Shown piece after piece: positions 40,124 through 54,165 of a stretch of DNA of 64,000 nucleotides. The notes beneath the pieces are model-generated. The model saw nothing but the letters and a program-made list of their open reading frames with translations. It was not told the DNA's origin and searched no databases. The position numbers and the translations under genes were made by a program. Position 1 is the stretch's first letter. Each line of letters starts with the position of its first letter. The stretch comes from Octopus sinensis. Its lineage: Eukaryota. The stretch covers positions 133,362,001 to 133,426,000 of the forward strand of contig NC_042999.1 of assembly GCF_006345805.1 (NCBI RefSeq). Reading direction: 5' to 3'.

Positions 40124-40850
40124 TAATATAATAATAATATATAATAATACCATTAATATAATTAATAATGATAATAATAATAAATAATAATAATAATAAA
40201 AAAATAATAATAATAATATAACATAATAATAATAATAATAATACTATAACAACACCCAACAGGGTCACTTAGTCAAACGCATAGTAACACACACACACAC
40301 ACATATACACAGAGTAAAAATTCGGGGTTGCCTCCTTTCCTTTTCTGATCAAAAAATAAACAGAAAAGATAAGCGTTTCTTCCAAATTTATGCACAAGGA
40401 TATTAGCTTTGAGGGGAAGTATCGAATCCAGTACTAGAGCTTATTTCATCGACCCGACAGGGATGAAAGGCGAAGCTAACCTCAGCGGGATTTGAATTCA
40501 GAATGAAACAAACATTATTCCGAGAATATAAATCATTGATTCTCAACAGCTTTTTTGGCTATGGAACTTCCTTGTTTCTTATTTTATTCCATTGGACCAC
40601 CATAGCCATTCGATGCATATAAAAATCCCTGTTATTCGTTTATTCTTTCACCTGTTTGAGTCATTTTTTACTGCAGCCATGTTGGAGCACCGCCTTCAAG
40701 GAATTTAATCGAAGAAATAGACACCAGGACTTATAATGTGTAAGCCTAGTAATTATCCATCTGTTTTTTTTTTTTTTTGCCGAACTGCTACGTTACGGAA
40801 ACATAAACACACCAGCAACGGTTCTCAAGCAATGGCAAAGGGACGAACAG

Positions 40851-40883
<33 letters not shown>

Positions 40884-42193
40884 CGATGTGCTTCTTTCAG
40901 TTTCCATCTACCAAATCCAATCACAAGGCTTTGGTCGGCCAGAAGACACTTGCCTAAATTACCTCGCAGTGGGACTGAACCCGGAACCGTGTAGTTGCGA
41001 AGTAAGCTTCTTATGACACAGCCACGCCTGCCTATTGTATTTTTTAATTAAATATTATTAGGAATTGTATAAAAGATTTTAAAATATTTTGTGCATTGTA
41101 GATGCATAAGCAATTTCTTGTGTGTACCACCAATGGCCATATGGGCCCTGGGCTAGCAGTATAGTTCAGCTTGTAAACAATACTGTCAGCCCGCCGCCTT
41201 TCGTAGACACTAATAAACTCAATAATGAACGATATGATTAAATCTAATTCCATGAAAAAACCATCCGCAGTTATACACACACACACACACACACACACAA
41301 AAACACACGCACAAACAGACATACACAAACACATAAACACAAACACCCGCGCACGCACACACGAATGCACACACACGCTTACATACATACATGTACATAC
41401 ATATAGATCATTGTACGTGTATAAGGTCGCGTAATATTGATCTACCCAAATGTCGGCAAGGATATCTATAGTTTATTTAACATTGAGACTGTTTATCCCG
41501 TGTTTGGCTTTACTGTTTGCTACTATTTGTATAACGGTTCCTCCATAAGAAGATTAAAAGTCGTTCATTCATTCATTTATGTCAATAATTATTTGGAATT
41601 GTCTAATTTCGTTTATTTTTATAGACATACCATAATATTTTATTTTAATCAACTGAAAAATAATAGATGTAACCTAGAAAGCTGTCTCCTTCTGTTTGAC
41701 CTTGTACATTTGCTACATATATGCATACATATGTGCACACACATATTTATTTATGTGTGTATGTATCTACGTATGTATATATATATATATATATACACAT
41801 ATATGTACATCCGCATATACACACGTATATGTTTAATGTGTAAATATGTGCGTAAGATCTGCGCTGACCTAATGGCTTACTACAAAATATAAATATATTG
41901 TGCGCTAACAACTGGTTATTCGCCACAGCCAAACAGAATTCTTATATAATTATATATGTATATAAGAAGCTTGTTTTCCAGCCATGTGATCTTGTGATCA
42001 GTTCCGCTGCGCAGCACCTTGGGTAGATGTCTTCTACCATAGCCCCCGGCTGACCAAAGTACCAGAGCTCTCTGTGTTGTGAGTAGGTTTGAAAGACGGA
42101 AACAGAAAGAAGCCCTCAAAAGTACACAATATATATACATATATATATAAATATAAATAATATATATATATATATATATATAATATATTATAC

Positions 42194-42259
<66 letters not shown>

Positions 42260-42391
42260 TATATATATATACACATATATATATATATATAGTTAATCCA
42301 AACATGAAAGCACAAAAAAAAACAACAACAACGCGGGACGTGGAACAAATATAGTATTATTGAACGCTCAGGAAAGAAGGAAAGAAGAAGG

Positions 42392-42426
42392 GTTTAACGT
42401 TTCGAGCGGAGCTCTTCGTCGGAAAC
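42392..42426 (-). ncRNA. 35-nt minimal hammerhead motif with U4C change
   Basis: Minus strand GTTT-CCGACGA-A-GAGC tcc GCTC-GAAAC-GTT-AAAC; same repeat family (42290-42490) as 48830-49030. Confidence 0.65.
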
Positions 42427-42505
42427 ATAGGAGAAGGTAAGATCCAGAGAAGGGAAGACAAAGGAAAAAATCGCCAACGGTACACACACATATATATATA
42501 TATAT

Positions 42506-42538
<33 letters not shown>

Positions 42539-42556
42539 ATATATGTTGTGGGTGTG

Positions 42557-42596
<40 letters not shown>

Positions 42597-42908
42597 ATAT
42601 ATATATTCGTTCTTTTAACCGTGTATGTGTATGTTTATGATACAGCGCTGTTCTGCGCCATAATTATAAACATACACATACACGATACAGACGCGCGCGC
42701 AGATATAAACACGCAAACACGCACCCACCCACAATACTTACACTTACAGACGCGCTAAAATTGTTAGAATTTTGGATATTGTTAGTTACTTCTGCTGTTA
42801 CTCATACTACTTCCAACACCACTTAATGCAAATAGCCTCCATGTATTCCCGCCACTCTTTTTATTTCTCTACCTACCTTTTACTCTCAGCTGACTCATGA
42901 TCTCCTCC

Positions 42909-42955
<47 letters not shown>

Positions 42956-43630
42956 CTTCTCTCTCTCTCTGTATTGTTCTCAAACTAGTAGGCTAGTATT
43001 GTTCTTAACCAAATAAATCTCACCTTCTAGTCACTTGGACTACCCAGTTTCCTTTTTGATGTATTAATCACCCCGTCCCAACTGCAACACTCGATCTATC
43101 CACCACCGTCTAATCGTCCTCATTGCTTTCATGTATACAATGCATTTTCGTTCTCTCGGAATATTTCGCTTCACACAAAATCGTGCAATTTGGCTCCCAA
43201 GATGCTTCGTAATGATTTATTTTTAAATTTAATTTTTACTCGTGGCATATTTATGCGTATTTAATTTTCTTGCGAATCCCAGTTCTATGTGGTTTTCACA
43301 CATTTGAAAGCATTCTCATTATTTGATTTGTCTACAAAAAATCTTTAATTATAGTTTCTAGTCAGATCATTTTCTATAAAAGTTCCAAGTTATTTAAAGT
43401 TACATTTAATAACACTTTTATTCTATTCACTTGCTCCATCATCCAATATTATATTTTTTATATTTACCGTTGATTATTTCATCAAACCCGTTTATTATAT
43501 TCTGTATTTTTAATGTCTCATTGCTAACCAAAACAAATGCTACGAAGATAATCCGAGTCCGTTAAATTTTGTTTTGGTATGTCGACAACATAAGAAATTG
43601 CTGCTGTATATTAACACATATGGAGATACA

Positions 43631-43840
43631 GATTCCGGAAAGGGCCATCAATTAGAAATAGGAAAGATACCGGAAGTGGCCATCAGTTTACAACAGGGAC
43701 AAGTATCGAAAGTAAGAATCAGTACATAGTAAGGAAAGACACCGGAAGTGACTCTCAGATTGTAATGGAAAGATGCCAGAAGTGGAGACCAGTTAGTAAT
43801 AAGGACAGATATCACAAGTAGCTATCAGTTAGTTATAGTA
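43631..43840 (+). repeat. Six-unit ~35-bp minisatellite
   Basis: Units start at 43631, 43666, 43703, 43738, 43772 and 43808; consensus about gataccggaagtg.ccatcagttagtaataggaaa. Confidence 0.75.
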
Positions 43841-44170
43841 ATTCGGTTAAAACTGAAAGCTAAGAAGAAGCAATGGATTACCAGTTTGATATAGACAAAC
43901 TGGAAGACAACCGAATTAAAGATGAATTTGTCTGGTAATCGATCTGCAACGGTTGAAGCCATAAAGATGATGATATAGATATCAACGCCGTGTAGAATAG
44001 TGTAAGAAGTTATTCAATAGCGAGGCCAAGCGAATTCTGGGCAGAAGAACGACAAAGGAAACGAAAAAAAAAAAAAAAAAAAACGGAATGAATTTCGGCT
44101 GAAACTTGGCTCGTTGAGTCACGTTAGGAACAAAAGAGAATTGTTGGAAGATGGAGATGAATAAAGTTTT
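43808..44170 (+). pseudogene. RTE-like LINE relic (end of APE domain and linker)
   Basis: DITSSYQLVIVIRLKLKAKK followed by FDIDKLEDNRIKDEF resemble RTE DxGSDHxLV...LKLK...FD..KL.D...K.EF. Confidence 0.45.
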
Positions 44171-44369
44171 TAACAGAAAAATGAAAATGTGTTCGGAAAT
44201 GAAAGCTGATGAAATAAATAATTCGATTCAAAAGACAGGAGTGGAGTCAAAACTGATTGCGAAAGAACACACAAAACGACACGCAAAGTAAAACACACAC
44301 ACACACACAAACCTATGCACGGACACGCACGAACACATGTAAACATACAAGCACGGTAGGCTTTTGTAT

Positions 44370-44392
44370 AGTTTCCGCCAGTCGAATTCCCC

Positions 44393-44462
<70 letters not shown>

Positions 44463-44790
44463 TTCTGCTGCTGCTGCTGCTGCTTCGATTTTCAGCTACT
44501 ACTACTACGCCATATTTGACACGCTTTTCCGTTCTTATCGTTACAATTATCATGTTGCATATGTTTCATTAATGATAGATATAGATGAAATAAACCCTAC
44601 GTGATGATGAGGGAAGATGATGACTAGACGACGGATGAAGACGAAGAAGAAGAGAAGAAGAAAAGAAGAAGAAGAAGAAGAGAAGAGAAGACAGAAGAAG
44701 ACGACGAGAAGAAGAAGACAAGAAGAAGAAGAAGAAGAAGAAGAAGAAGAAGAAGAAGAAGAAGAAGAAGAAGAAGAATATGGAAAAGAC
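44370..44790. repeat. (ACT)n(GCT)n and (GAA)n microsatellites
   Basis: Seen directly. Confidence 0.95.
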
Positions 44791-45114
44791 GTAGAAGCAG
44801 AGGAAAAAATGTAGGGAAATAAAGTTTTAGATGATGCATTTAAAAAGATGAAGGCAATAATGAGAGAGAGAACGGGGGGGGGGAGTAAAGAATGAGAGAA
44901 AGAGGGAGGGAGAGAGAGAGACAGTCAGACAGAGAGAAAGAAAAAAAGAGAGAGGGAGAGAGAGAAAGAGGAGGGAAGGGAGAAAGAGAAAAAGAAAGGT
45001 AGGCAGAGTACGAATAAATGGTTAAACAAATGCTACAGAATCAAATACCACCATCACCACCACCACCACCACCACCACCACTACAACTCCTGCCGACACA
45101 ATCGCATCAACACT

Positions 45115-45147
<33 letters not shown>

Positions 45148-45710
45148 GACCCACTACAACAAACAGCAATAACATAAATATCACCAACAAACGGAATTGT
45201 AAGAAATAAATAAGCGGTGTAGTGTTGAGAGATGGCGTTGAGTTTGAAAGATATGTGTGTAATAAGAAAAAAAATAATGAAGGGGAACGCGGTAGGGTGT
45301 GCACAGTGATGATAGTAAGGAATATAATAGGTAAAAGGTGTTCAAATGCTGAAAGCTGCTTTATTAGACGGTTCCAAGAAATGAGAATATGTTAACAGAA
45401 CGTTTGTAAACTTTAAGTTTCTTCTTTGGTGAATCTATAACTGGAATATTTTTGGTGGAGGGTAAAACGAGTGGAAAAAAAAATCACATGATGATAGAAT
45501 TTTGTATGTACGTGGGTGTGTGAGAGATGTGTGGTGTGTTGGTTTCGGTAGTGGTGCCTGCATGTGTGAGGGTTACTGATGGCCGTTTTATCTGTGTATC
45601 TGGCTTCATGTTTCTGTATGAGACTGTATTTAACACAAGCGTACATACATACATATATAATACATGCATATACATATATATATATATATATATATATGTT
45701 ATATATATAT

Positions 45711-45781
<71 letters not shown>

Positions 45782-45830
45782 TGTGTGTGTGTTGTGTATG
45801 TATTATGATATATAATATATATATGTATAT

Positions 45831-45876
<46 letters not shown>

Positions 45877-46364
45877 CATGTATATATGCATATAGTAAAT
45901 ATATATGTGTGTGTGAGAAGGCGTATGGCTTAGTGGTTAAGGTGTTGCACACACGATTGCAAAATCGTGAGTTCAGTTCCCAGACCGGGCGTTGCGTTGT
46001 GTTCTTGAGGAAAGCACTTTATTTCACGTTGCTCTACGATCATCTAGACATGTAGCACTTGTTGCACCTGTACAGGTAATGCCGATCTAATGGACAGAGT
46101 AAGCTTAAGTCTACAGAAACATTTGATCACTATAAACAAATCATGTGTGGTTGTTCGGTAAGAAATTGTCGAATCCTCATACGTCGTCTAACGACTTGAG
46201 AGTCCATGATATATATGCACATACGTAAATGTATCAATGTGTATACATACATACATACATACTACATACATACATACATACATGCATACATACATACATA
46301 CATACATACATACGTACATACATGCATACACACATACATACATACATATGCATATATGTATATA

Positions 46365-46600
46365 TAAAAATAAAAAGTTAGAATGCTACTCCCTAGAAAG
46401 AAGGCCGGAAATATGTGCAATGATATAGACCTGGAAAATCCTAGAACTTATACACAACACAAACAGCAGAACAAGGTGCCACTGTATAGCACCAAAAACC
46501 CCCAGCATTGCCATCAAAATACAGGACCAGATACTGCAATAGTCGTGTTTCAAAGGCCGTTCAATATCCTCCCCAAAAGCCTAAGAGACTTAAATTGAGT
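46365..46600 (+). mobile_element. CR1/L2-group LINE fragment
   Basis: PSKYRTRYCNS...FNILPKSLRDL matches the 15030-15420 element. Confidence 0.6.
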
Positions 46601-47251
46601 GAACGTAGGTATCTTCTAAACAAATTAGCTATGTTTGGGGTGGAGTGTAAAACGAGTGGAAAATCACATGATGAAAGAGTTGTGGATGTACGTGGTGAGT
46701 GGTGTTTTGTGTGAGGTACGTTGTATGTTAACTGCGGTGGTGGTGGTGCGTGTATGTGTTCCCGTCAAAAGTTCCGGATGAACCTCCCTCGTAGCAAGAA
46801 ACACGGGTGAGGGCAGCAACATCAGACTCCCTCATACACCAAATACCACATATCAGGGAAGGTTTGGTGAATGTGTGGCAGCTCTCGTCCTGAAATATGC
46901 GGGGGTGGGGTGCGTGTGCGTACGTGTGTGTGCGTGTGTGTGTGCGTGTGTGTGTGCATGTGTGTGTGTGTGTGTGTATGTGTGTGTGTGTGTAGGCATT
47001 AGGCATGTCTGTATGGTAAGGGGTTTGCTTCCCAAACACATAGTTTCAGGTTCAATCCCAGAGCGTGGAAACTTGGGCAAGTGTCTTTTACCATAGACTC
47101 GGTCCAACCAAAGCCTTCCAAGTGGATTTGGTAATACAGTTCTATATTTAAGAGATGAGGAATTATGTACATTATTTACATTATTCACATTATTTACATT
47201 ATTCACATTATTTACATTTGACGGATATTTATCCTCATCTTGTTTGTTGTT

Positions 47252-47297
47252 AACACAACGTTTCGGCTGATATAACCTCCAGCCTTCATCAGGTGTT
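47252..47297 (-). ncRNA. Canonical minimal type I hammerhead ribozyme motif
   Basis: Minus strand AACAC-CTGATGA-A-GGCTG gaggttatat CAGCC-GAAAC-GTT-GTGTT; all stems paired, ACGT stem III; inside a pLTR-like piece at ~47140-47345. Confidence 0.85.
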
Positions 47298-48439
47298 TAG
47301 GGTGAAATTTCCAACCTTGGTGGATTTTGTGGACAGAACCTTAAAGCCGGTCATATATATATATATAAATTAATAAATAAATTAAAACATATGCATATAT
47401 ACATACATATATGTACGTACCTACCTCTACATGTATATATACATGCATATATGGGTACAGGACACCAAAAAAACGTCGAACACATTGAGAAACGAAAACA
47501 TAAACACAAAACCAAGGAAATGGACATTTTTCTTAAACAACGAAAAAATAGAGTACAGGACATACAATACAAGAAAAATTCCCCTTCTTCAGTTGCCTTT
47601 GTTTCATCTACTCCGCGTTTCGAAGGTCAAGGCCAAGACACGACTTTAATGAAGCATTCCTTCCCGCGAAAAGCAAATTAAATAAGATTTGAGATTTTTT
47701 TGTGGAGGAGTAAAAATGGTAACAAAAACAGGACAGTAACGACAGTACAAAATATAAACGGTAAAAGACAGGACAAGGAGAATATACATGTGTGTGCGTC
47801 TGTAAACGCATGCGTATAGCAGCGTGTAAACTGTGCGTGTAGCGTGTGTGCAAGCGCGTTTGTTGCTGTGTCGATTTTAGGTGTACGGGTGTATAAAAAC
47901 CGTCGGACATATGTGCGTGCGCGCGCGCGCGCGTGTGTGTGTTTATGCGTGTGTATGCATGCATGTCTATATGTGAGCGAGTGTGCATGTCCCTGTTATC
48001 AGTAGATGTGTGTATACGGGACTGTTGGATAAAGTATGTGTGCGTGGAGTTATACACATATACTATACGTATTACACACTAGATATACCATACTATATAT
48101 TACATTTCAATAATACGTGGTATAAAATATATTACTCTCTAGAAATATTGAATTTGACATATTAAATGTACAAGCTAGAGGGAACCGTTAAATTTTAATC
48201 TGCTAGAAGTACCAAAAAAATCACTCCAAAACACATCGTACACCTTAAAGGAGGGAACATTAGTAACGGCAGTTATGAATAAAAAAAAACGTCCCTGGTA
48301 ATTGCAACTGAAACTCCTTTAAACATAGATCTTTTGAATCAAGTTGAAATGGTTCAAAAGAGCATTCACAATATATTTGTTTTATTTTCGTTGCCATACA
48401 TACCTGATAAAGTGAACTGCTTAACTTCTTGTTATTGTG

Positions 48440-48664
48440 TTAATCGGAATCTGTTAATGGGTTATTTCGAAAAGAATAGGGAAATCGGTCATAGAATATA
48501 CGTGAAATGATGTAACTCGAATCGGCATTTGGAATCTGATCCAAGATTTCTATAACTTTAATATCATTACGTAGCTTTATATGATGAGGCCACTTCAAAT
48601 CATAATTAAGACTGTACCACAGAGGCAGGGAGAGCTGTTTGAATTCCTCTATTTGTACAGGTAC
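48440..48664 (-). CDS. Possible exon (alternative or terminal), product unknown
   Basis: Acceptor tttatccttgtttcaaag|; 74 stop-free codons VPVQIEEFKQLSLPLWYSLNYDLKWPHHIKL...IISRIFYDRFPYSFRNNPLTDSD then TAA, in unique sequence; no family recognised. Confidence 0.33.
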   Translation of the reverse strand, partial: VPVQIEEFKQLSLPLWYSLNYDLKWPHHIKLRNDIKVIEILDQIPNADSSYIISRIFYDRFPYSFRNNPLTDSD

Positions 48665-48925
48665 CTTTGAAACAAGGATAAACGTCATATAATCGCACTT
48701 ATTCCTCGTGTATCTGAGTATTTGTCTTTATGTATACACATACAAAAAACACCTGTCATGCATACTTATATAATTAAATAAATATCTGCATACATATGTA
48801 TGCACACACACACATATATAATTAACTTTAAAAAAAACGGAAAAAAAGAACAAAAAAAAAAAACAACGCTAGGACGTGGTACATGCAAATTATTAATAAG
48901 TCGCTCAGAGAAGGAAAGAAAGGGT

Positions 48926-48960
48926 GTTTTACGTTTCGAGCGAAGCTCTTCTTCAGAAAC
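48926..48960 (-). ncRNA. 35-nt minimal type I hammerhead ribozyme motif
   Basis: Minus strand GTTT-CTGAAGA-A-GAGC ttc GCTC-GAAAC-GTA-AAAC. Confidence 0.82.
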
Positions 48961-49044
48961 AAGAGACAGATGAAAGTCCAAAAGAAAAGGAAGACGGAGG
49001 AAAGAAAACAGTTTACATGTGGTTAAATTTTGGAATACATATAA

Positions 49045-49117
<73 letters not shown>

Positions 49118-49843
49118 TAAACACACACACACACATCTGTGTGTGGTTTCCATTTGTTAGCAGAGAGTAGAACTTGTAAATATATGCCTAACTCGGATCT
49201 CCTAAATCAACCACTTCAGGGAGCGCGCTGTTGTCTCTTCACCATCATCCTACCTGGGACAGATTGATGTAGCTGAGGCCATACCATTTTTTCTACCAAG
49301 CATTAGCATTGTGCAAGTCGCATTAAAAAAAAAGGGGGAAAAAACTACATTAACAAGGATTAGACGACGCATTAAATTTGAGTTTCTGCACTTCCTCAAT
49401 TCACTGTGACTCTTCCTTTAACAAACAATAAAAGTAAGAGAAAATAAAGGATGAATTTCCTTTCTGTACAGCTGCAGGAGAATATTCCGTTATTCACTTG
49501 TTATCATTACTTCAGTCTCGTCATATTTTCATAATTGTCTTCTCGTTTAGAAATTTAATACTTTGTATTTTGGCAGAAAGCTGAAGACTAATCAGCTTAC
49601 ATTTAAAGACATGACGTTTGAAAGCATTTCTTGAGGCAACTGTCAGAAAGGAAGCAGGATCAGCGATAATTTGTTGTGAAGAGATTAATTCTTCAAAAGG
49701 ATATTGAAATGAGAAATTAATTAAATAGTATAAATTCCACTTATACGTAACTTTTTCCTACGAACAAGTATGGAATTCCGCTTAGATGAAAAAATAATAT
49801 GCAGGCTAGAAACAAACGCAAACGAAAGACTGTTAAGACTAAG

Positions 49844-49890
<47 letters not shown>

Positions 49891-50205
49891 TATATTATAA
49901 TATTGCATATAATATGTGACTGTTATATATGTGTGAGTGTGCGTATATACATTACGTACATGTGCATGTACGTAATGTATGTATGTATGTATGTATGTAT
50001 GTATGTATGTATGTATGTATGTATGTATGTGTGTATGTATGTATGTATATATGTATGTGTGTCTGTGATGTGTGTATGTATGAGTGTGTGCGTCAGTGTG
50101 CCGTTTCGAGCCTGCGTGTATGATTTGGTTATGTCATGTCTTTAGATGTATATCAAGTTCACATCTAAGTAGAATATAATTTGTTACTTATAACTGGAAA
50201 AAAAA

Positions 50206-50264
<59 letters not shown>

Positions 50265-50855
50265 ATATATATATATATATATTACACACACACGCATACA
50301 CACACACACACACACGCGCACACACACACACACGCATATATATATAACACATAGATAGACAGACAAACAGATAGCTATATATATATATATATATAGGAAA
50401 GAGGGTATGAAAGTTTACTTTTATATATATATACGATATTTATATAAGGACGAAAATGAAGGACGTTAAAATATAAAGGACATAACGACCATCCCTGTTC
50501 AACCTACCTTCACATACAGACTCTGCATGTTTGTGTGGAATCGGAATTGTCGGGAATCAACAAGCCTGCAGCAAGCATGGATACCCATCTAGCCAAACCA
50601 CCATATATATATATATATTACAAAGGTTAAACAGAAAGAGCATGACGAAGGGAAACCTAGACGCAAACTGGGCAAAAATATAAAGGCTGTAAAAATAACG
50701 GACGGATAAGGAGACAAAGACACCATAAAGAGGACATTCGCAGCGAATTTTTCTCATCAGTTGGCTCCAAGACATCTTTGTGGTTTCGCACCATTTAAAA
50801 CCAACACCTCCATCATGTTGGAGACACCGGACCATTACGCTTCAGGAAAATTAAA

Positions 50856-50937
<82 letters not shown>

Positions 50938-51058
50938 TAGATAGATAGATAGATAGACATAATTCTTTAGTTTGATGATACTAAGGAGGAGGAGGGAGGA
51001 GGCATGGGAGGAGGAACAGGTGAAGAAGTGGTGCAGGAGGAGGAAAGTTTCTACTCAC

Positions 51059-51092
51059 CTCCTCAGCAGCAACAACATAGAGAACTATGAAA
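51059..51092 (-). other. Micro-exon-like splice signature (34 nt, or 26 nt from 51084)
   Basis: Branch-point-like TACTGAC, pyrimidine tract, ttttgttag| or tttcatag|, then GAG|GTGAGT donor. Confidence 0.4.
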
Positions 51093-51512
51093 CTAACAAA
51101 AGAGCAGAAAGCGAAAGCACCGAAGTGTTGTCAGTAAAGTTAACTCAAGGTAAAGATTCAGCCTGCGTGAGCCCCAAGTTGAACGCTGAACAGAAAACAA
51201 ATTACCTAAACCTAAACACACAACAAAAATTGATTGAGCCTAGACTCAGAAGCACAAAGTTCAATGTGATTTTGTTGAAGGTTCCCTTCATAATTGCACG
51301 CCTCAGAAGATTAAACATTTCACACTAGGAAGTTGAAAAATGATATGATGAAGAGGTACATAAAAATTTAAAGCGGAGCATATGGTGATTCTGAAGAGGC
51401 AATCAATCAAATAGTCCCTGACTGGTTAATCCTAGGATATGGCTGAAATTTGAATAAATATACATACATATATACATGGGTACATGCATACATACATACA
51501 TACATACATACA

Positions 51513-51543
<31 letters not shown>

Positions 51544-51945
51544 GCAGACATACATATTTCTATATACACACATAGATACATTCATACACATACATACATA
51601 TATACATAATACAAGCATAGATATATATTCATATATTTATATATAAATACATGCATACACGCACATACATACATACATACATACACACCACACACACACA
51701 CATTTATATATATATATATACATACTTTATGAGAGCATTAAAAATTATGATATAATTATGGAATTCACGCAAAGAAATGGTTATATAAATATACATCTGG
51801 AAAAAAAAATGTGCAAATGAATATGCAAGGGTTCTCAATGACATGGATATTATTGGAAAGCACAGAACCATTATCCTTAAGGATTATTGGATAATATATT
51901 TACTAAATAATGTGGTCGCAGTAGACACACGCTCGAGCCCACGCG

Positions 51946-51979
<34 letters not shown>

Positions 51980-53868
51980 TACATATATGTATAAGAGCTG
52001 GTAGCAAAAAGGCAAGTGTTTCTAATTTAGACAAAAGACCAGCAAATTTGAGAGGGTTAGTCGATAACACCGATCTGTATATTTGACTGGGGTTTTATTT
52101 TATCGATTCCGAAAGGATAAAAGACAAAGACTGAGCTGGCTTGGCTTGAAATAAAGAAAAGAAAAGAAACGCATTGGAACATTCTCCAATCGCTGAGAAT
52201 GGAACAAATTAAGCAGGATCTATATATATACAGGGACTCAAGGGTTGCACGCCCATAAGACCCTAGGAATTTATATACAAATATAATAATTTTATTAACA
52301 ACAATACAGCAGAATATTAATATAACAGGGAAATTACATGTTTTAAACAACGTATATCTATTATCAAAATACACTTATCTCAGTTAAAAAAGCTTATAAA
52401 CCATTTTCTTAGGCAAACCATAGAGAACATGTTTTAATGGAGATCCCTCAAAACCGATTTTCAAGAATAGACTAACGCCATTGATACAGAGTAATGAATT
52501 TATTGTTCTCGAAAGGATGAAAGGCAAAATTGATCACGGAGGGATGTGAACTCAAAGCAAGGAGACACGGCACGAATATGAAAAAGCTTATCTGACGTTC
52601 TAAATACTTTGCGTATTCACTTCCTCGCCTTTCTGGATCGTACGGGCCCCGATATTCATGAATAATAGATGTGTATAATCTTCAACTTTTTTACACATTC
52701 TAAACATTTGATCACCTTTTCTCTACAAAAACAAAATATGGAGACACTTCATAAAAATCGCATAATTGTAGTAGTTACAGTAACAGTCATAATTGCATTT
52801 TAAAAGTCCAGCTAAAGCAGGGGTTTTTAACATCTTTCTTCCAGAGAACACCTTCATTACGACTGACAGTGTTGGTGTACTCTATGTGACGAATATAGTG
52901 TAAAATGGTTGGATACTATAGATCATAAAGTAGATATGTAATATTTGATAAGTCTCTTTTAAATGTAAAGAGCTCAAATCCCGACACGTTCAGCTATACA
53001 TTTCATGGTTCCGGTATCGATAAAATAAAACACTCGTCAAATACTGACAGTGATATAATCAATCTGGCATTGTGCTTTCATTTAATTAAATATTACATGC
53101 GTTAGCATGGCTCTTTCAAACGAGTTATTTCTTCGTATTTTCAGAGAGGAACCCCACCTCAGATATCATTTTTAGTCGACATTCTTATACAACATCGCTT
53201 TTAGTCATGAACATCGCTGAAAACACTTGTTCATAGCAATAACTGGATGGGAACAGTAAGATACTCTTCACGAGTTTCCTTTAGTTGTTTGAGATTACTT
53301 CAGAAATTCTTGCGTATTTATAAACCTCGAGTATACTTGCATTTTCTCTTGGATATCCCTAAAGATACGCATATCCTGATTTGAGAACCTCTAAACTGTT
53401 ACTAATCATCTAAAAAACATAAATACACTTGAATGATACTTATGCAGACGGACTTGTAAACCAGTTATCGCAATCTACATATTGGGTTTGCATTCCTACA
53501 AAAAAAACGACCGAAAAAGATTTCCGTTGACCAAAACCGTACGTTTACTTGAATATCACTTCCTTGGCAAACGTCTTCCTGTTTCACAACTGCTAAAAGC
53601 CAGCACTCGCTCATCTAAACTAGTTAAATAGGTGTTCCATAATCACCAAAACTAATTTAATGTATCTAACATTTCTGCTCATTCTACCAAGCGCATCTCG
53701 TTTACTCCCTCTTACAATCGATCTACATAGATTTCAAATGAATATCAATCTCACTCTATAAGGTATTTATTTATTCGGCGTGTTTCCTATATCGTATATT
53801 TTTTTAAACTATAGTGTCGTTACTTACAAGATTCTAACAGACCAGTTAGCGATTCACTGTATTTCTAA

Positions 53869-54165
53869 CTAGCAGTATCGCCCGGCGTTGCTCGGGTTTG
53901 TAAGGGAAATAACTATATAACCATTTTAGAGAGTTACTTCCCTTATATAATAGCAAAAAAATGCATTAAAAATGGGAAAAAATTATGGTAATTTTTTTTT
54001 AAATCGTAGACTCATCATAGACGCGCGCTAATACCCAGAAGGGCTCGATATGAATCACGACTATAAGATACCCGCTTTTGGTTAAACTGCACCGCAAAAT
54101 GTGGGAGTAGTTAGGAATCTAAATCGTAGGAGACAGACACACAACTTCACTTTCATATATAAAGA
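53869..54165 (-). mobile_element. Non-autonomous Helitron
   Basis: Minus strand A|TCtttatatatg...cccgagcaacgccgggcgatactgCTAG|T; no TSD. Confidence 0.82.

Noticed and set aside
53135-53260. Plus-strand acceptor ttcgtattttcag with a downstream GTAAGA donor
   Set aside because: All three frames contain stops.
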